DNA of 64,000 nucleotides from Gammaproteobacteria bacterium (GCA_965221695.1 OZ244905.1:288001-352000), one strand, 5' to 3'; shown: positions 20,822-32,281, numbered from the stretch's first letter. Notes: a model not told the origin generated them from the letters alone. Translations and numbers: made by a program.

Positions 20822-21286
20822 ATGCAGGTGATATTACTGGAAAAAATCGGCAGGCTGGGCGAGTTGGGACAACAGGTCAACGTTAAACCCGGTTATGGCA
20901 GGAATTATCTTATCCCGAAAGGTAAAGCGGCGCCGGCTACCCCGGAAAACATAGAGAAATTCGAGGCGCGGCGCGCTGAACTGGAGAAGGCGATGGCCGA
21001 TGACTTTGCCAGGGCGCAACAGCGGGCGGAAAAACTCAACGAACTGGAAGTTGTCTTGAACCGGCAAGTTGTCTCTGATGACAGGTTGTACGGTTCCGTG
21101 GGTGTGAACGAGATTACTACAGCAGTTGCCGAAGCGGGCCATGACATTTCAAAACACGAAGTCAAGTTGCCCGATGGGCCATTCAAGTCGGTGGGCGAAT
21201 ATGAAGTTGAACTGCATCTGCACGCGGATGTAAACGCCCGAATTAAACTGATCGTGGCCGCTGAGCAGGAAACCGAAAAGGGCTGA
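20822..21286 (+). CDS. rplI: 50S ribosomal protein L9
   Basis: MQVILLEK, VKPGYGRNYLIP and LYGSV. Confidence 0.98.
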   Translation: MQVILLEKIGRLGELGQQVNVKPGYGRNYLIPKGKAAPATPENIEKFEARRAELEKAMADDFARAQQRAEKLNELEVVLNRQVVSDDRLYGSVGVNEITTAVAEAGHDISKHEVKLPDGPFKSVGEYEVELHLHADVNARIKLIVAAEQETEKG

Positions 21287-21305
21287 GCGCGGCTGGCAGC
21301 CCGAT

Positions 21306-22700
21306 ATGGCCGAACCCGCTTATACCTCGCCCGACCCCGAAACCAGGGGGCTGAAAGTCCCTCCACACTCCATTGAGGCCGAGCAGTCAGTGCTTGGCGG
21401 AATGTTTCTGGACAAAGATGCTCTCATTAAGGTGGTGGAGCGTGTGCAGCCGGATGACTTTTATCGCCGGGACCACAGGATAATCTACAATGCCATCAAT
21501 GCGCTGGATGACGAGGGGAGGCCCATTGATCTGGTAACGGTTGGCGAGTGGCTGGAAGCCCATAGACAGTTGGATGATGCCGGCGGTTTGTCTTACCTGA
21601 CAGAGTTGGCGGAGAACACGCCCAGCGCAAGCAATGTCAGCGTCTATGCGGATATTGTGCGCAAACGCTCAATCCTTAGACAACTGATCAGCGCGACCAC
21701 ACAAATCAATGAAACCGTCTTCAACCCGATGGGTCGCAGCAGCGAGCAGGTGCTTGATTTTGCTGAACAGGCGATTTTTGCAATAGCTGAGCAGGAAACC
21801 AGGGGAAAACGAGCTTACTACACCGTCAAAGACCTGCTGAGAGGGGCCTTGGAACGGGTAGAAGAGCTCTATGAGAAGAAAACGGCTATTACTGGTATCG
21901 CCACCGGTTTTAGTGATTTTGATGAGCGCACCGCCGGTTTGCAGAAATCCGACCTGATCATCATCGCCGGTAGACCTTCCATGGGCAAAACGGCGTTTGC
22001 CATCAACATAGCCGAGCATGTGGTTATCAAGGAAGAGTTGTGCGCGGTAGTCTTCAGTATGGAGATGCCAGGTGAACAACTGGCCATGCGTATGATGTCA
22101 TCTCTGGGGCGGGTAGACCAGCAACGGGTTCGCACCGGAAAACTACAAGATGATGATTGGCCGCGCCTGACTTCGGCGGTCTCTATGTTAAAGGAGAAAA
22201 AACTGTTTATCGATGATACGCCAGCGTTGACGCCAGCGGAGTTGCGGTCAAGATGCCGGCGCATAGCCAAGGAGCACGGCCTGGACCTGATCATCATTGA
22301 TTATCTGCAATTGATGCAGATTCCAGGTACCTCAGAGAATCGCGCCACGGAAATTTCCGAGATCTCGCGCTCCTTGAAAGCAATGGCCAAGGAATTGCAG
22401 GTGCCTGTTGTCGCCTTGTCTCAGCTCAACCGAAGTCTTGAACAACGCCCAAATAAGCGGCCGGTCATGTCCGACTTGCGCGAATCGGGCGCTATCGAAC
22501 AGGACGCCGATGTCTTGGTATTTATTTACCGTGATGAATTCTACGATGAGGACAGCCCTGACAAAGGTATAGCGGAAATCATTATCGGCAAACAACGTAA
22601 TGGTCCCACCGGCACGGTAAAAATGACTTTTCTGGGGCAGTACACCCGGTTTGAAGACTATACAGACGAACCTTCATATCTGCCGCACGGAGATGAATGA
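21306..22700 (+). CDS. dnaB: Replicative DNA helicase
   Basis: PPHSIEAEQSVLG, GRPSMGKT, IDYLQL and SDLRESGAIEQDAD; no intein. Confidence 0.98.
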   Translation: MAEPAYTSPDPETRGLKVPPHSIEAEQSVLGGMFLDKDALIKVVERVQPDDFYRRDHRIIYNAINALDDEGRPIDLVTVGEWLEAHRQLDDAGGLSYLTELAENTPSASNVSVYADIVRKRSILRQLISATTQINETVFNPMGRSSEQVLDFAEQAIFAIAEQETRGKRAYYTVKDLLRGALERVEELYEKKTAITGIATGFSDFDERTAGLQKSDLIIIAGRPSMGKTAFAINIAEHVVIKEELCAVVFSMEMPGEQLAMRMMSSLGRVDQQRVRTGKLQDDDWPRLTSAVSMLKEKKLFIDDTPALTPAELRSRCRRIAKEHGLDLIIIDYLQLMQIPGTSENRATEISEISRSLKAMAKELQVPVVALSQLNRSLEQRPNKRPVMSDLRESGAIEQDADVLVFIYRDEFYDEDSPDKGIAEIIIGKQRNGPTGTVKMTFLGQYTRFEDYTDEPSYLPHGDE

Positions 22701-24090
22701 GCCGGCCCGCAAGGTAAAGACCCGATACCAATGCAGCGATTGTGGCGCAGTCACGCCCAAGTGGACCGGACAATGCGCGGATTGCAATGCTTGGAATACC
22801 TTAACGGAGTTGGCACAGCAACAGACAACCCCTCTCGCTGAACGGTTTCAGCCCTATGGCGCCGGTCAGTCCGTAATCCGCAAACTGGACGAGGTAGATC
22901 AGAACGAACTGCCACGCATGTCAACCGGGTCCGCTGAACTCAATCGCGCTCTGGGCGGCGGTCTGGTCAGCGGTTCTGTGATCCTGCTGGGCGGCGACCC
23001 GGGCATTGGCAAATCCACGCTGCTGTTGCAGGTTCTGTTATCACTATCAGACCGGGAGCGGATAACAGCTTTGTATGTCAGCGGGGAAGAATCCATCGAA
23101 CAACTCAGCCTGCGATCCGCCCGGTTAGGTTTGCCTAGCGCCGAACTACTTGTGCTGGCTGAAAACCGCCTGGAACATATCTTTAGCGCCGCGCGCCAAC
23201 ATCGGCCTCGGGCGCTCGTGATCGATTCCATTCAGACCGTATTTTCCGATGCTTTGCAGTCTGCGCCCGGTTCTGTGGCACAGGTGCGTGAGTGTGCGGC
23301 AAGACTGACGAGCTTTGCAAAACAGGCTAACACTGCAGTTTTCCTGGTCGGACATGTCACCAAAGAGGGCGCTCTGGCAGGTCCCCGGGTACTGGAACAT
23401 ATGGTTGATACGGTGTTGTATTTCGAAGGCGACAGCAATAGCCGTTATCGTATGATTCGTTCCGTAAAGAATCGTTATGGCGCAGTCAATGAACTAGGCG
23501 TATTTGCCATGACTGATAAAGGCCTGCGCGAGGTCAGCAACCCTTCGGCCATTTTTCTGGCTGCCCATGGCGAACCGGCGCCGGGAACATCTGTTCTGGT
23601 GACCCGGGAGGGTAGTCGCCCGCTTCTGGTTGAAGTCCAGGCGCTGGTTGACCAGAGCCACAGCAGCCAACCGCGCCGGGTAACTGTGGGCCTGGATCAA
23701 AACCGGTTATCTATGCTGCTCGCGGTGCTGCACAGACATGCGGGCGTTGGCGCTTGGGACCAGGATGTGTTCATCAATGTGGTCGGCGGCATCAAGCTCA
23801 CGGAGACTGCGGCAGACCTGGCTATCCTTGTAGCCATCATGTCGAGCTTGCGCGATCGTTCCCTGCCTGAAGATCTGGTTGTGTTTGGCGAAGTTGGCCT
23901 GACCGGCGAAATAAGACCTGTCCAACAAGGACAGGAACGTCTTAAAGAAGCGCAAAAACATGGCTTTAACAAGGCTATCATTCCCGCTGACAACAACCCT
24001 AAAACGAAATTGAAGCAGGTTAAGATATTTCCGGTCAGAAAGTTGAGCCAAGTCATTGACGCATTGCAGGAAATTGAACAAAAAATATGA
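22693..24090 (+). CDS. radA: DNA repair protein RadA/Sms
   Basis: C4 zinc finger, GDPGIGKST and KNRYG; start set at the ATG overlapping the dnaB end. Confidence 0.97.
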   Translation: MNEPARKVKTRYQCSDCGAVTPKWTGQCADCNAWNTLTELAQQQTTPLAERFQPYGAGQSVIRKLDEVDQNELPRMSTGSAELNRALGGGLVSGSVILLGGDPGIGKSTLLLQVLLSLSDRERITALYVSGEESIEQLSLRSARLGLPSAELLVLAENRLEHIFSAARQHRPRALVIDSIQTVFSDALQSAPGSVAQVRECAARLTSFAKQANTAVFLVGHVTKEGALAGPRVLEHMVDTVLYFEGDSNSRYRMIRSVKNRYGAVNELGVFAMTDKGLREVSNPSAIFLAAHGEPAPGTSVLVTREGSRPLLVEVQALVDQSHSSQPRRVTVGLDQNRLSMLLAVLHRHAGVGAWDQDVFINVVGGIKLTETAADLAILVAIMSSLRDRSLPEDLVVFGEVGLTGEIRPVQQGQERLKEAQKHGFNKAIIPADNNPKTKLKQVKIFPVRKLSQVIDALQEIEQKI

Positions 24091-24106
24091 AAGAGTACTA
24101 GATTTC

Positions 24107-25387
24107 TCAATAGAGAGGTTTCTTATTTTTTTCAGATTCCAGGCGTCGACGAAGCCCGGATGTCAGCTCTTGGGCCATGCCGATTTCCTGCTCCGACAAC
24201 TCCTGCAGCAGTGTCTCGCGCCGATGCATATCCATTTGGTTGCCGTCATTCATCAACAGGTTGTACCAGGCCAGGGCTAATGGCTTGTTAGCGCTGACAT
24301 CATCCAGGCCGTTGAGATAGATTAGAGCCAGGCTACGCTGGGCCAGGGCATAGCCTTGTTCAGCGGATTTCTCATACCATTCAATTGCTTGGGTCGGGTT
24401 TTTTTCTGTTCCGTCTCCATTGGCATAGGCGGCGCCCAGCCGATACTGGGCAGGGGCATAGCCTTCCTGCGCCGATCGGGTGAAATGCTCGAAGGCTTTT
24501 GCATAATCCTGCTCAAGTGTGTTACCCAGGGCATAGGCCATGCCCAGTTCATAATTGGATACAGCGCCGGAGTTTGCCAGTGGAGCAGGGCGCTGCGTAT
24601 CGGTTTGTGCTGCAGGCGCCAGATTCTCAGTATCCGATTTTGTCAATCCTGTTGCCATGCCGGAAGATTGTTCCTGTTCCTTATCCTTGCCGAACAAACG
24701 GCCCAAAAAACCTTTTTTTTCGGTTTTAGTCGGAGTTGATACCTGGGGAGTTGACACTTGGGTTTGTGGCTGTGCCGGACTTGTGGCCAAGGGCTTGGGT
24801 TTTTCGTCCCGGCTGAACAAACGCTTGATGAAACCCGGCTGTGTCGCCTCGGCATCGGAAGGCCGCTTGTTAACCTTGAGCGGAGGCAAGGATGCAGCTT
24901 CAATCTCTAGTTCTTCCCTGGTCTTTGCCGAACTGATACGTCGCAGACTGGCGAGGTTTCTGGCTGCATCCTTATGACCTTGCCGGGCAGCTTTTTCATG
25001 CCAGTGGATAGCCTCGGTATCGCTTTGCGGCGTTCCTTCACCCATCATGTACATATTGCCGAGGCGATACTGCGCATCGGCATAACCTTGTTCCGCAGCG
25101 CTGGCATACCAGCGTGATGCGCGCGCGACATCCGTTTCCACGCCAGCGCCGCGGTGATATAACACCCCGATCTCAAACTGGGCCAGGGCATTGCCCTCTT
25201 CGGCTAGAGCATAAAACAGTTCATAGGCAACATCGTACTCCTGGTTTTGTAATGCCTGGTAAGCGGCATCCAGGGTTTCTGAACTGGCGTTGGCGACTTG
25301 GTTTTCATCGCTTTCTGCATCAGCAGCATTACTCTCCGCAGCGACCAGGGCAATGATTAAAACGGCGGGAAGGAAAAATCGAATCAC
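24107..25387 (-). CDS. Secreted Sel1-like repeat protein
   Basis: Signal peptide; two blocks of SLR repeats (AQFEIG.LY..G.G, AQYRLG..Y..G.G) separated by a low-complexity linker. Confidence 0.88.
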   Translation of the reverse strand: MIRFFLPAVLIIALVAAESNAADAESDENQVANASSETLDAAYQALQNQEYDVAYELFYALAEEGNALAQFEIGVLYHRGAGVETDVARASRWYASAAEQGYADAQYRLGNMYMMGEGTPQSDTEAIHWHEKAARQGHKDAARNLASLRRISSAKTREELEIEAASLPPLKVNKRPSDAEATQPGFIKRLFSRDEKPKPLATSPAQPQTQVSTPQVSTPTKTEKKGFLGRLFGKDKEQEQSSGMATGLTKSDTENLAPAAQTDTQRPAPLANSGAVSNYELGMAYALGNTLEQDYAKAFEHFTRSAQEGYAPAQYRLGAAYANGDGTEKNPTQAIEWYEKSAEQGYALAQRSLALIYLNGLDDVSANKPLALAWYNLLMNDGNQMDMHRRETLLQELSEQEIGMAQELTSGLRRRLESEKNKKPLY

Positions 25388-25560
25388 GGTTCACATACGA
25401 AAGCTATGTTAAGATAACATCTTATTGTACTTTAAAACCCGGTCGCTGAGAATACTCAAAATGTTCTGATAAGTCCATTGCGGGCTTTACAGAACAGCGC
25501 CCTCTTACAGCGCATAAACTCCCGGCTCAGACATAACCGGTTTTGTGGCATACTGCACCG

Positions 25561-26961
25561 ATGAAGGCGAAAACACTGTATGACAAGTTGTGGGATGAAC
25601 ATGTAGTCATGGACTATGGCAATGACGCCTGTCTGCTTTACATAGATCGCCAGCTTGTGCATGAAGTTACATCGCCCCAGGCATTTGAAGGGCTGAAACT
25701 GGCCGGACGCAAGCCCTGGCGCCGCGCAGCCAGTCTTGCCGTGCCCGATCACAACGTGCCCACGCGCGACAGGGCTTCCATCGCTGATCCTGTGTCAAAG
25801 AAACAATTGGATGCTCTGGACAGAAACGTCAGGGAATGGCGCATTCCCTATTTTGAACTGTCTGATGAACGTCAGGGCATTGTGCATGTTATAGGTCCGG
25901 AACAGGGTCTGTGCCTGCCCGGAATGACGATCGTGTGTGGCGATTCCCATACCACCACAAATGGCGCGCTGGCCGCTCTCGCCATGGGCATAGGCACTTC
26001 TGAAGTCGAGCATGTGCTGGCGACTCAGACCCTACCCGCAAAAAAATCCAGGAACATGCGAATCGATGTGACAAACAGATTGCGATCGGGCCTCACGGCT
26101 AAAGACCTGGCGCTGCATATCATCGGCAGGATTGGGACAGCCGGTGGAGTCGGATTTGTCATCGAATTTACCGGCGCTGGCGTTGCCGCGTTGTCCATGG
26201 AGGGGCGCATGACTTTGTGCAATATGGCCATTGAAGCCGGCGCCCGCACCGGCATGGTTGCGGTGGATGACAAGACCGTTGACTACATCAGGGGACGTCC
26301 ATTTGCGCCCACCGGAGTTATCTGGAACCAGGCCGAGACATACTGGAGAAGCTTGCGCAGCGATCCGGATGCCGAGTTTGATCAGGTTGTCGAGATCGAT
26401 GCCGGCCAGACGCCGCCCTGTGTTACCTGGGGCACTTCCCCGGAAATGGTGGCATCCGTGCGCGATAATGTGCCTGACCCTGCCGAAGAACCGGATCCGG
26501 TAAAGCGGGAGGGCATGGCGAACGCGCTATCCTATATGGGGCTGACGCCGGGCACACCTATCAGTTCCATAAGACCGGATAAAATTTTTATCGGTTCTTG
26601 CACCAATTCTCGGATTGAGGACTTGCGTGATGCCGCTCGGGTGATTGCCGGTAAAAAAATTGCAGAGAACATCAAGTTGGCCCTGGTTGTGCCGGGATCG
26701 GGACTCGTCAAACGTCAGGCGGAAGCGGAAGGATTGGATCGGGTATTCACCGACGCCGGTTTTGAGTGGCGAGAACCTGGTTGCTCCATGTGTCTGGGCA
26801 TGAATGAAGACAGATTGAATCCAGGCGAACGTTGCGCTTCCACTTCAAACCGTAATTTTGAGGGGCGCCAGGGCGCCGGTAGCCGCACCCATCTGGTCAG
26901 TCCGGCCATGGCCGCGGCTGCGGGCATTGTCGGCCATTTTGTCGACCTGAACGATTTGTGA
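25561..26961 (+). CDS. leuC: 3-isopropylmalate dehydratase large subunit
   Basis: [34 protein letters not shown] and [12 protein letters not shown]. Confidence 0.97.
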   Translation: MKAKTLYDKLWDEHVVMDYGNDACLLYIDRQLVHEVTSPQAFEGLKLAGRKPWRRAASLAVPDHNVPTRDRASIADPVSKKQLDALDRNVREWRIPYFELSDERQGIVHVIGPEQGLCLPGMTIVCGDSHTTTNGALAALAMGIGTSEVEHVLATQTLPAKKSRNMRIDVTNRLRSGLTAKDLALHIIGRIGTAGGVGFVIEFTGAGVAALSMEGRMTLCNMAIEAGARTGMVAVDDKTVDYIRGRPFAPTGVIWNQAETYWRSLRSDPDAEFDQVVEIDAGQTPPCVTWGTSPEMVASVRDNVPDPAEEPDPVKREGMANALSYMGLTPGTPISSIRPDKIFIGSCTNSRIEDLRDAARVIAGKKIAENIKLALVVPGSGLVKRQAEAEGLDRVFTDAGFEWREPGCSMCLGMNEDRLNPGERCASTSNRNFEGRQGAGSRTHLVSPAMAAAAGIVGHFVDLNDL

Positions 26962-26987
26962 CAGACCCGTCTGAGGATGCGATAGAG

Positions 26988-27653
26988 ATGCAGGCATTCA
27001 CCGCAATTGACGGACTGGTTGCGCCGTTAGACAGATCCAACGTGGATACAGACGCCATCATTCCCAAGCAGTTCCTGAAATCCATCCGCCGTAGCGGTTT
27101 CGGCCCGAACCTGTTTGATGCCTGGCGCTACCTTGATGTGGGGGAGCCGGAACAGGATTGCAGCCATCGTCCTTTAAGAGATGACTTCGTGTTGAATAAA
27201 TCCCGTTATCAGGGCGCTCAAATTCTGCTGGCGCGGGAAAATTTTGGCTGCGGCTCATCCCGTGAACATGCCGTCTGGGCCTTGTATGAATACGGTTTCC
27301 GTTGTGTGATTGCGCCGAGTTTCGGCGACATATTTTTCAACAATGCCGGCAAGAATGGTTTATTGAATATTATTCTTCCTGTGCAACAGGTTGATGAGCT
27401 GTTTAAGGAAGTTGAAGCAAACGAGGGATATCGTCTGAAAATAGCGTTGCGCCCACAGACGATTACCACTCCGTCCGGCAGTGAGTTGAGTTTCGAGATT
27501 GAGACTGCGCTCAAGGAAAGACTGCTGCAGGGCCTGGATGATATTGGCATTACCCTCGAACACAGCGATTTGATCCAGGCATATGAACAACGCAAAGCAG
27601 TGGAAAGGCCCTGGCTTTTTCCGGACCTATCGAACGAATACCAAGGAGATTGA
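26988..27653 (+). CDS. leuD: 3-isopropylmalate dehydratase small subunit
   Basis: [24 protein letters not shown] and GLDDIG. Confidence 0.97.
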   Translation: MQAFTAIDGLVAPLDRSNVDTDAIIPKQFLKSIRRSGFGPNLFDAWRYLDVGEPEQDCSHRPLRDDFVLNKSRYQGAQILLARENFGCGSSREHAVWALYEYGFRCVIAPSFGDIFFNNAGKNGLLNIILPVQQVDELFKEVEANEGYRLKIALRPQTITTPSGSELSFEIETALKERLLQGLDDIGITLEHSDLIQAYEQRKAVERPWLFPDLSNEYQGD

Positions 27654-28840
27654 TCGTGAAAGAAGCAGTGATCGTCGCCGCCGCGCGCACGCCTATAGGC
27701 AAGGCCTGGCGCGGGGCATTCAATAATACCAAGGCGCCGACCCTGGGTGGTCATGTGATTGCCGAAGCGGTGCGTCGGGCAGGATTGGAACCAGAAGAAA
27801 TCGATGATGTCATCGTCGGATGCGCTATGCAAATGGGGACAACCGGTTGGAATGTCGGCAGAACCAGCGCCCTGGCAGCAGGTCTTCCCGCCACCACCGG
27901 CGCCATGTGCCTTGATCGGCAATGCTCATCCGGCATGATCGCCATCGCCAATGCGGCAAAACAGGTGATCATGGATCACGCTCCCGCAGTGGTTGCCGCG
28001 GGTCTTGAGACCATCAGCCTGGTGCAGAACGATGCGTTTACTATGGTCAGCAAGAGCCTGGATGATGCTGTGACCCGTTACAGCGCCCATGCCTATATGC
28101 CCATGTTGCAGACTGCGGAAATCGTCGCTCGGCGTTACCGCGTCAGTCGGGATGCTCAGGATGAGTTCGCGCTGCAGAGCCAACAACGCACTGCGGCTGC
28201 CCAGCAGTCCGGGAAGTTTGACCAGGAACTGGCGCCCCTGAAAACCACCAAGGCAATCTTTAATAAGGAAAGCGGAGAGACGAGCTACCAGGAAGTTGTC
28301 CTGGATCGGGATGAAGGCAATCGTCCGGACACAACCCTGGAAGGTTTGCAAGGTTTGCCCTCAGTCATTGAAGGCGGTTGTATCAGCGCCGGGAATGCCA
28401 GCCAACTGTCGGATGGCGCCTCAGCCTGTGTGCTCATGGACAGTCGCCTGGCCGAGCAAAAAAACCTGAAACCACTGGGCATTTATCGCGGCATTGCCGT
28501 TGCCGGTTTGGAGCCTGATGAAATGGGTATCGGTCCTGTTTATGCCGTGCCAAAGTTACTTAAGCAGAACGGTTTGGCCATGGATGATATCGACTTGTGG
28601 GAATTGAACGAGGCATTTGCGGTGCAAGTGGTGTATTGTCGGGACAAACTAGGCATCCCCAATGAAACGCTGAACGTCAACGGCGGCGCCATTTCCATCG
28701 GACACCCCTACGGCATGTCAGGCAACCGCATGGTGGCCCATGCCCTGATTGAAGGCAAGCGACGCGGGAGTCGCTACGTAGTATGCACAATGTGCGTCGG
28801 CGGCGGCATGGGCGCCGCCGGCCTGTTCGAGGTCGCTTGA
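27650..28840 (+). CDS. Acetyl-CoA C-acyltransferase (thiolase)
   Basis: RQCSSG catalytic Cys, NEAF, GHPYG and CVGGGMG. Confidence 0.93.
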   Translation: MIVKEAVIVAAARTPIGKAWRGAFNNTKAPTLGGHVIAEAVRRAGLEPEEIDDVIVGCAMQMGTTGWNVGRTSALAAGLPATTGAMCLDRQCSSGMIAIANAAKQVIMDHAPAVVAAGLETISLVQNDAFTMVSKSLDDAVTRYSAHAYMPMLQTAEIVARRYRVSRDAQDEFALQSQQRTAAAQQSGKFDQELAPLKTTKAIFNKESGETSYQEVVLDRDEGNRPDTTLEGLQGLPSVIEGGCISAGNASQLSDGASACVLMDSRLAEQKNLKPLGIYRGIAVAGLEPDEMGIGPVYAVPKLLKQNGLAMDDIDLWELNEAFAVQVVYCRDKLGIPNETLNVNGGAISIGHPYGMSGNRMVAHALIEGKRRGSRYVVCTMCVGGGMGAAGLFEVA

Positions 28841-28957
28841 AGGCGGTCTTATGTCAGTGGCGCGGGGTCGGTGCGTGTGAGTTCAGCGACCAGCAATGTC
28901 AGCGCGGTCAATGTCTGCGGATTGAGAGGATGTTCAGAAGGGCAGAGAAAATTAACG

Positions 28958-28988
28958 ACCCCCTGACTTAATCTCAGAGGTTCCTTAG
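28958..28988. repeat. Degenerate solo terminal hairpin of the MITE family
   Basis: CTGACTTAATCTCAGAGGTTCCTTAG matches the MITE right end. Confidence 0.7.
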
Positions 28989-29019
28989 CTCAACACATAA
29001 GGCAAACATCATCTCATCT

Positions 29020-29059
29020 TTGACAAATCAACTTGTTGTCATTATGATGCATTGCACAA
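29020..29059 (+). promoter_or_regulatory. Sigma70 promoter of phaC with putative PhaR operator
   Basis: TTGACA-17 bp-TATGAT, overlapped by TGCATTGCACAA (29048-29059), which fits the recalled PhaR motif TGCRNYGCASMA. Confidence 0.7.
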
Positions 29060-29090
29060 TCCATTTATCACATCGCGGATCATAACTAAT

Positions 29091-30878
29091 ATGAGCAAAA
29101 CGGAACAAGGCAGTCAGGCTTCATTTAATATGGAGCAACTGACTGGGATCATGTCGGATATCGCCGGACAATATCATACTTTGACACAGGACTTCCTGGC
29201 GCGCCAGGGGCAGTTTGCGAACGACAACATGGATGTGATGGGAATAGGACAGGCCATGCTGGAGCTCAGCGCCTCCATGATGAAACATCCGGAAAAACTG
29301 TTCGAGGCGCAAACGCGCGCCTGGCACACATATTCCGATATCTGGTTGAATACTACCCGCGCTATGTTGGGCGAAGAAAGCGCTCAAGTCAGACAAGCTG
29401 ATAGCGGAGACCGACGCTTCAAACACACCGCGTGGGATGAGAATCCGTTCTACAGTTTCATCAAGCAGTCGTATCTGGCAACTGCTGACGCCGTTCAATC
29501 CGTTCTCGCCAATACTGAAGGAATGGATGAAAACACTGCCAGGAAGGCGCGTTTTTACACCAGGCAGTTTGTGGACGCCATGTCTCCGACAAATTTCTTC
29601 CTCACCAATCCTGAGATAGTGGAAGCTACGCTGGAATCAAAAGGAGAAAACCTGCTCAAGGGGATGCAAAATTTTATCGATGACATTGACTCTGAAACCG
29701 GACAACTGCGTATAACCATGACAGACAAGGACGCGTTTCAGGTGGGCCGGAATATTGCCACGACGCCAGGTAAGGTGGTTTTTCAGAATGATCTGTTTCA
29801 GTTGCTGCAGTTCGAACCATCTACCGTTCAGACCTGTAAGACTCCAATGCTGATAATTCCGCCCTGGATTAACAAATATTACGTGCTGGACCTGCAACCG
29901 GGGAATTCCTTGATCAAGTGGTTGGTGGACCAGGGGCATACGGTATTCGTCATCTCCTGGGTTAACCCTGATGAAAAACTGGCGGACAAGGATTTTGCCG
30001 ATTATGTCACGGAAGGAGCGCTGACAGCTATTGATGCGGTGGAAAAAGTCACGGGAGAACATGGCGTCAACTTGGTCGGTTACTGTATCGGAGGAACCCT
30101 GCTGGCTGCAACGCTGGCCTATATGCAGGACAAAGGGGACAAGCGCGCCTTGTCAGCGACTTTTTTTGTCGCGCTGATTGATTTCTCCATCCCAGGGGAC
30201 CTGGGTGTGTTTATCGATGAGCAGCAACTTGAGAACCTGGAAAAGACCATGAACGAAAGAGGCTACCACGATGGCAAGGAGATGGCCGCCACATTCAACA
30301 TGTTGCGCGCCAATGATCTTATTTGGTCTTTCTATGTGCGCAATTATCTGCTTGGGAAAGATCCGTTTCCGTTTGATCTGCTTTACTGGAATGCCGACTC
30401 CACTCGCCTCCCTGCCAAGATGCACAGCTCATACCTGCGCACGATGTACCTCAATAACGAATTCAAGAAGCCTGGAGGCATGTATGTAGCCGGCGTACCT
30501 ATTGATGTCAGCGCCATTCAGACTCCGGCATACTTCATTTCCACAGAAGAAGATCATATCGCGCCCTGGGAAGGAACTTACCTGGGCGCGCAATTGCTAT
30601 CCGGGCCGATCCGGTTCGTCCTGGGCAAGTCCGGACATATTGCCGGCATCATCAACCCGCCCGCCGCAAACAAGTATGGTTATTATACCGGCCCCGAGGT
30701 TGATGTTCCTTCCGACGAGTGGCGCGCGCAGGCTGAACTGCATTCCGGTTCCTGGTGGACGGACTGGCTGGCATGGCTGGAACAGTATGCCGGCGCTGAA
30801 ATTCCCGCACGCCGGCCCGGTGACAATGACCAACTCATTCTCGAAGACGCGCCGGGAAGCTACGTCAAGGTTTTGTGA
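29091..30878 (+). CDS. phaC: Class I poly(3-hydroxyalkanoate) synthase
   Basis: DRRF, PPWINKYYVLDL, lipase box GYCIGG, DHIAPW, SGHIAG and GSWW. Confidence 0.95.
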   Translation: MSKTEQGSQASFNMEQLTGIMSDIAGQYHTLTQDFLARQGQFANDNMDVMGIGQAMLELSASMMKHPEKLFEAQTRAWHTYSDIWLNTTRAMLGEESAQVRQADSGDRRFKHTAWDENPFYSFIKQSYLATADAVQSVLANTEGMDENTARKARFYTRQFVDAMSPTNFFLTNPEIVEATLESKGENLLKGMQNFIDDIDSETGQLRITMTDKDAFQVGRNIATTPGKVVFQNDLFQLLQFEPSTVQTCKTPMLIIPPWINKYYVLDLQPGNSLIKWLVDQGHTVFVISWVNPDEKLADKDFADYVTEGALTAIDAVEKVTGEHGVNLVGYCIGGTLLAATLAYMQDKGDKRALSATFFVALIDFSIPGDLGVFIDEQQLENLEKTMNERGYHDGKEMAATFNMLRANDLIWSFYVRNYLLGKDPFPFDLLYWNADSTRLPAKMHSSYLRTMYLNNEFKKPGGMYVAGVPIDVSAIQTPAYFISTEEDHIAPWEGTYLGAQLLSGPIRFVLGKSGHIAGIINPPAANKYGYYTGPEVDVPSDEWRAQAELHSGSWWTDWLAWLEQYAGAEIPARRPGDNDQLILEDAPGSYVKVL

Positions 30879-30919
30879 GTTTGTGCTGTCTAAGCAGCGT
30901 CCTGAGCATGAGTTAGCCT

Positions 30920-31561
30920 ATGAAAGTAACGATCGTGCCTGTCACGCCTTTTCAGCAGAATTCTACTATCCTGCAATGCGAAAGGACTAATCGCGCCGCT
31001 ATCGTTGACCCTGGCGGGGATCTGGACAAGATCATGGCAAAGGTTGAAGACCTTGGCGTCGAACTGGAGAAGATCCTGGTCACCCACGCCCATATCGACC
31101 ATGCCGGAGGGGTGGCGGAGCTGTCCGAGGCCACAGGACTACCCATAGAGGGGCCACAGCAAGGAGATAAATTCTGGATTGACTTGCTGGAAGAGCAGGG
31201 AGCCATGTTCGGTTTTCCCGGAGCATCGCCGTTTACGCCGGATCGCTGGCTTAAAGATGGGGATGAGATCAAACTGGGAGACCTCCGCATAGAGACCCGG
31301 CATTGTCCCGGGCATACTCCCGGACACATTATCTTCTATCACGATGCAACTAAAATCGCGATCGTTGGCGATGTGCTATTTAAAGGTTCCATAGGTCGCA
31401 CGGACTTTCCCCGCGGCGATTATGCAACCCTGATTCATTCCATAAAGAATCGTCTCTGGCCGCTTGGAGACGATGTGCAATTTGTACCCGGTCACGGACC
31501 CGTTTCAACATTCGGACAGGAACGTCTGACAAATCCGTTTGTGGGTGATAATGTCGGATAG
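30920..31561 (+). CDS. MBL-fold hydrolase (YcbL/GloC-like)
   Basis: THAHIDHAGG, PGHTPGH, GDVLFKGSIGRTDFP and PGHG. Confidence 0.92.
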   Translation: MKVTIVPVTPFQQNSTILQCERTNRAAIVDPGGDLDKIMAKVEDLGVELEKILVTHAHIDHAGGVAELSEATGLPIEGPQQGDKFWIDLLEEQGAMFGFPGASPFTPDRWLKDGDEIKLGDLRIETRHCPGHTPGHIIFYHDATKIAIVGDVLFKGSIGRTDFPRGDYATLIHSIKNRLWPLGDDVQFVPGHGPVSTFGQERLTNPFVGDNVG

Positions 31562-31630
31562 CAGGATAGGGTAATATGAGGTAATCTGATTATTCGGATA
31601 TACTATTTTCGACCTTCAAGAGGAATAAAA

Positions 31631-32260
31631 ATGAAACTATATATCTTTCCCCCTTCGCCCAATTCATTGCGCTGCCAGGCCGTAGCCAATCAGATAGGCG
31701 TTGACCTGGAACTGGTTACCGTAGACCTGCATACCGGCGCGCAAATGCATGCCGAGTTTGCCGCGTTGAACCCGAATAACAAGATTCCTACATTGGTGGA
31801 CGGCGATTATGTCTTGTGGGAGTCCAGCGCCATTATGTTATATCTTGCTAAAACCGGCCCGGAGAACGACTTGATTCCTGAAAATGCTCAGGATAGGGCG
31901 CGCACGATGCAATGGTTGTTCTGGAATGAGTCTCATTGGGGGCCGACCTGTGGCATCTTCACTTTTGAGAATCTGGTCAAAAAGATCATGAATATCGGAG
32001 ATCCGGATCCGGCGCAACTGGAGAGAGGCAAGAGTGAACTCGAACGCTTCGGAACGGTGTTAAACGATCATTTGAAAGATCGGGAAACATTGATAGGCGA
32101 CACCGTAACTGTTGCCGATCATGCCATCGTGTCGTGGCTGGTGCATGCGGAACATGCAAGCATCCCGGTTGCTGACTACGCGGAAATTACGCGCTGGTCA
32201 GGAAACATCCTGGGTTCATCAGCCTGGCAGCAAGCGCTTGCGACAATACCCAGCGGCTGA
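31631..32260 (+). CDS. Glutathione S-transferase
   Basis: SPN, LNPNNKIPTL, LWESSAIM and TVAD. Confidence 0.92.
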   Translation: MKLYIFPPSPNSLRCQAVANQIGVDLELVTVDLHTGAQMHAEFAALNPNNKIPTLVDGDYVLWESSAIMLYLAKTGPENDLIPENAQDRARTMQWLFWNESHWGPTCGIFTFENLVKKIMNIGDPDPAQLERGKSELERFGTVLNDHLKDRETLIGDTVTVADHAIVSWLVHAEHASIPVADYAEITRWSGNILGSSAWQQALATIPSG

Positions 32261-32281
32261 GTAACCACCTGCGCCCGGCGC

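Noticed and set aside
24107-25387. Sel1 protein as evidence of a sponge or animal symbiont lifestyle
   Set aside because: A single SLR gene is common in free-living bacteria; habitat cannot be inferred from this window.
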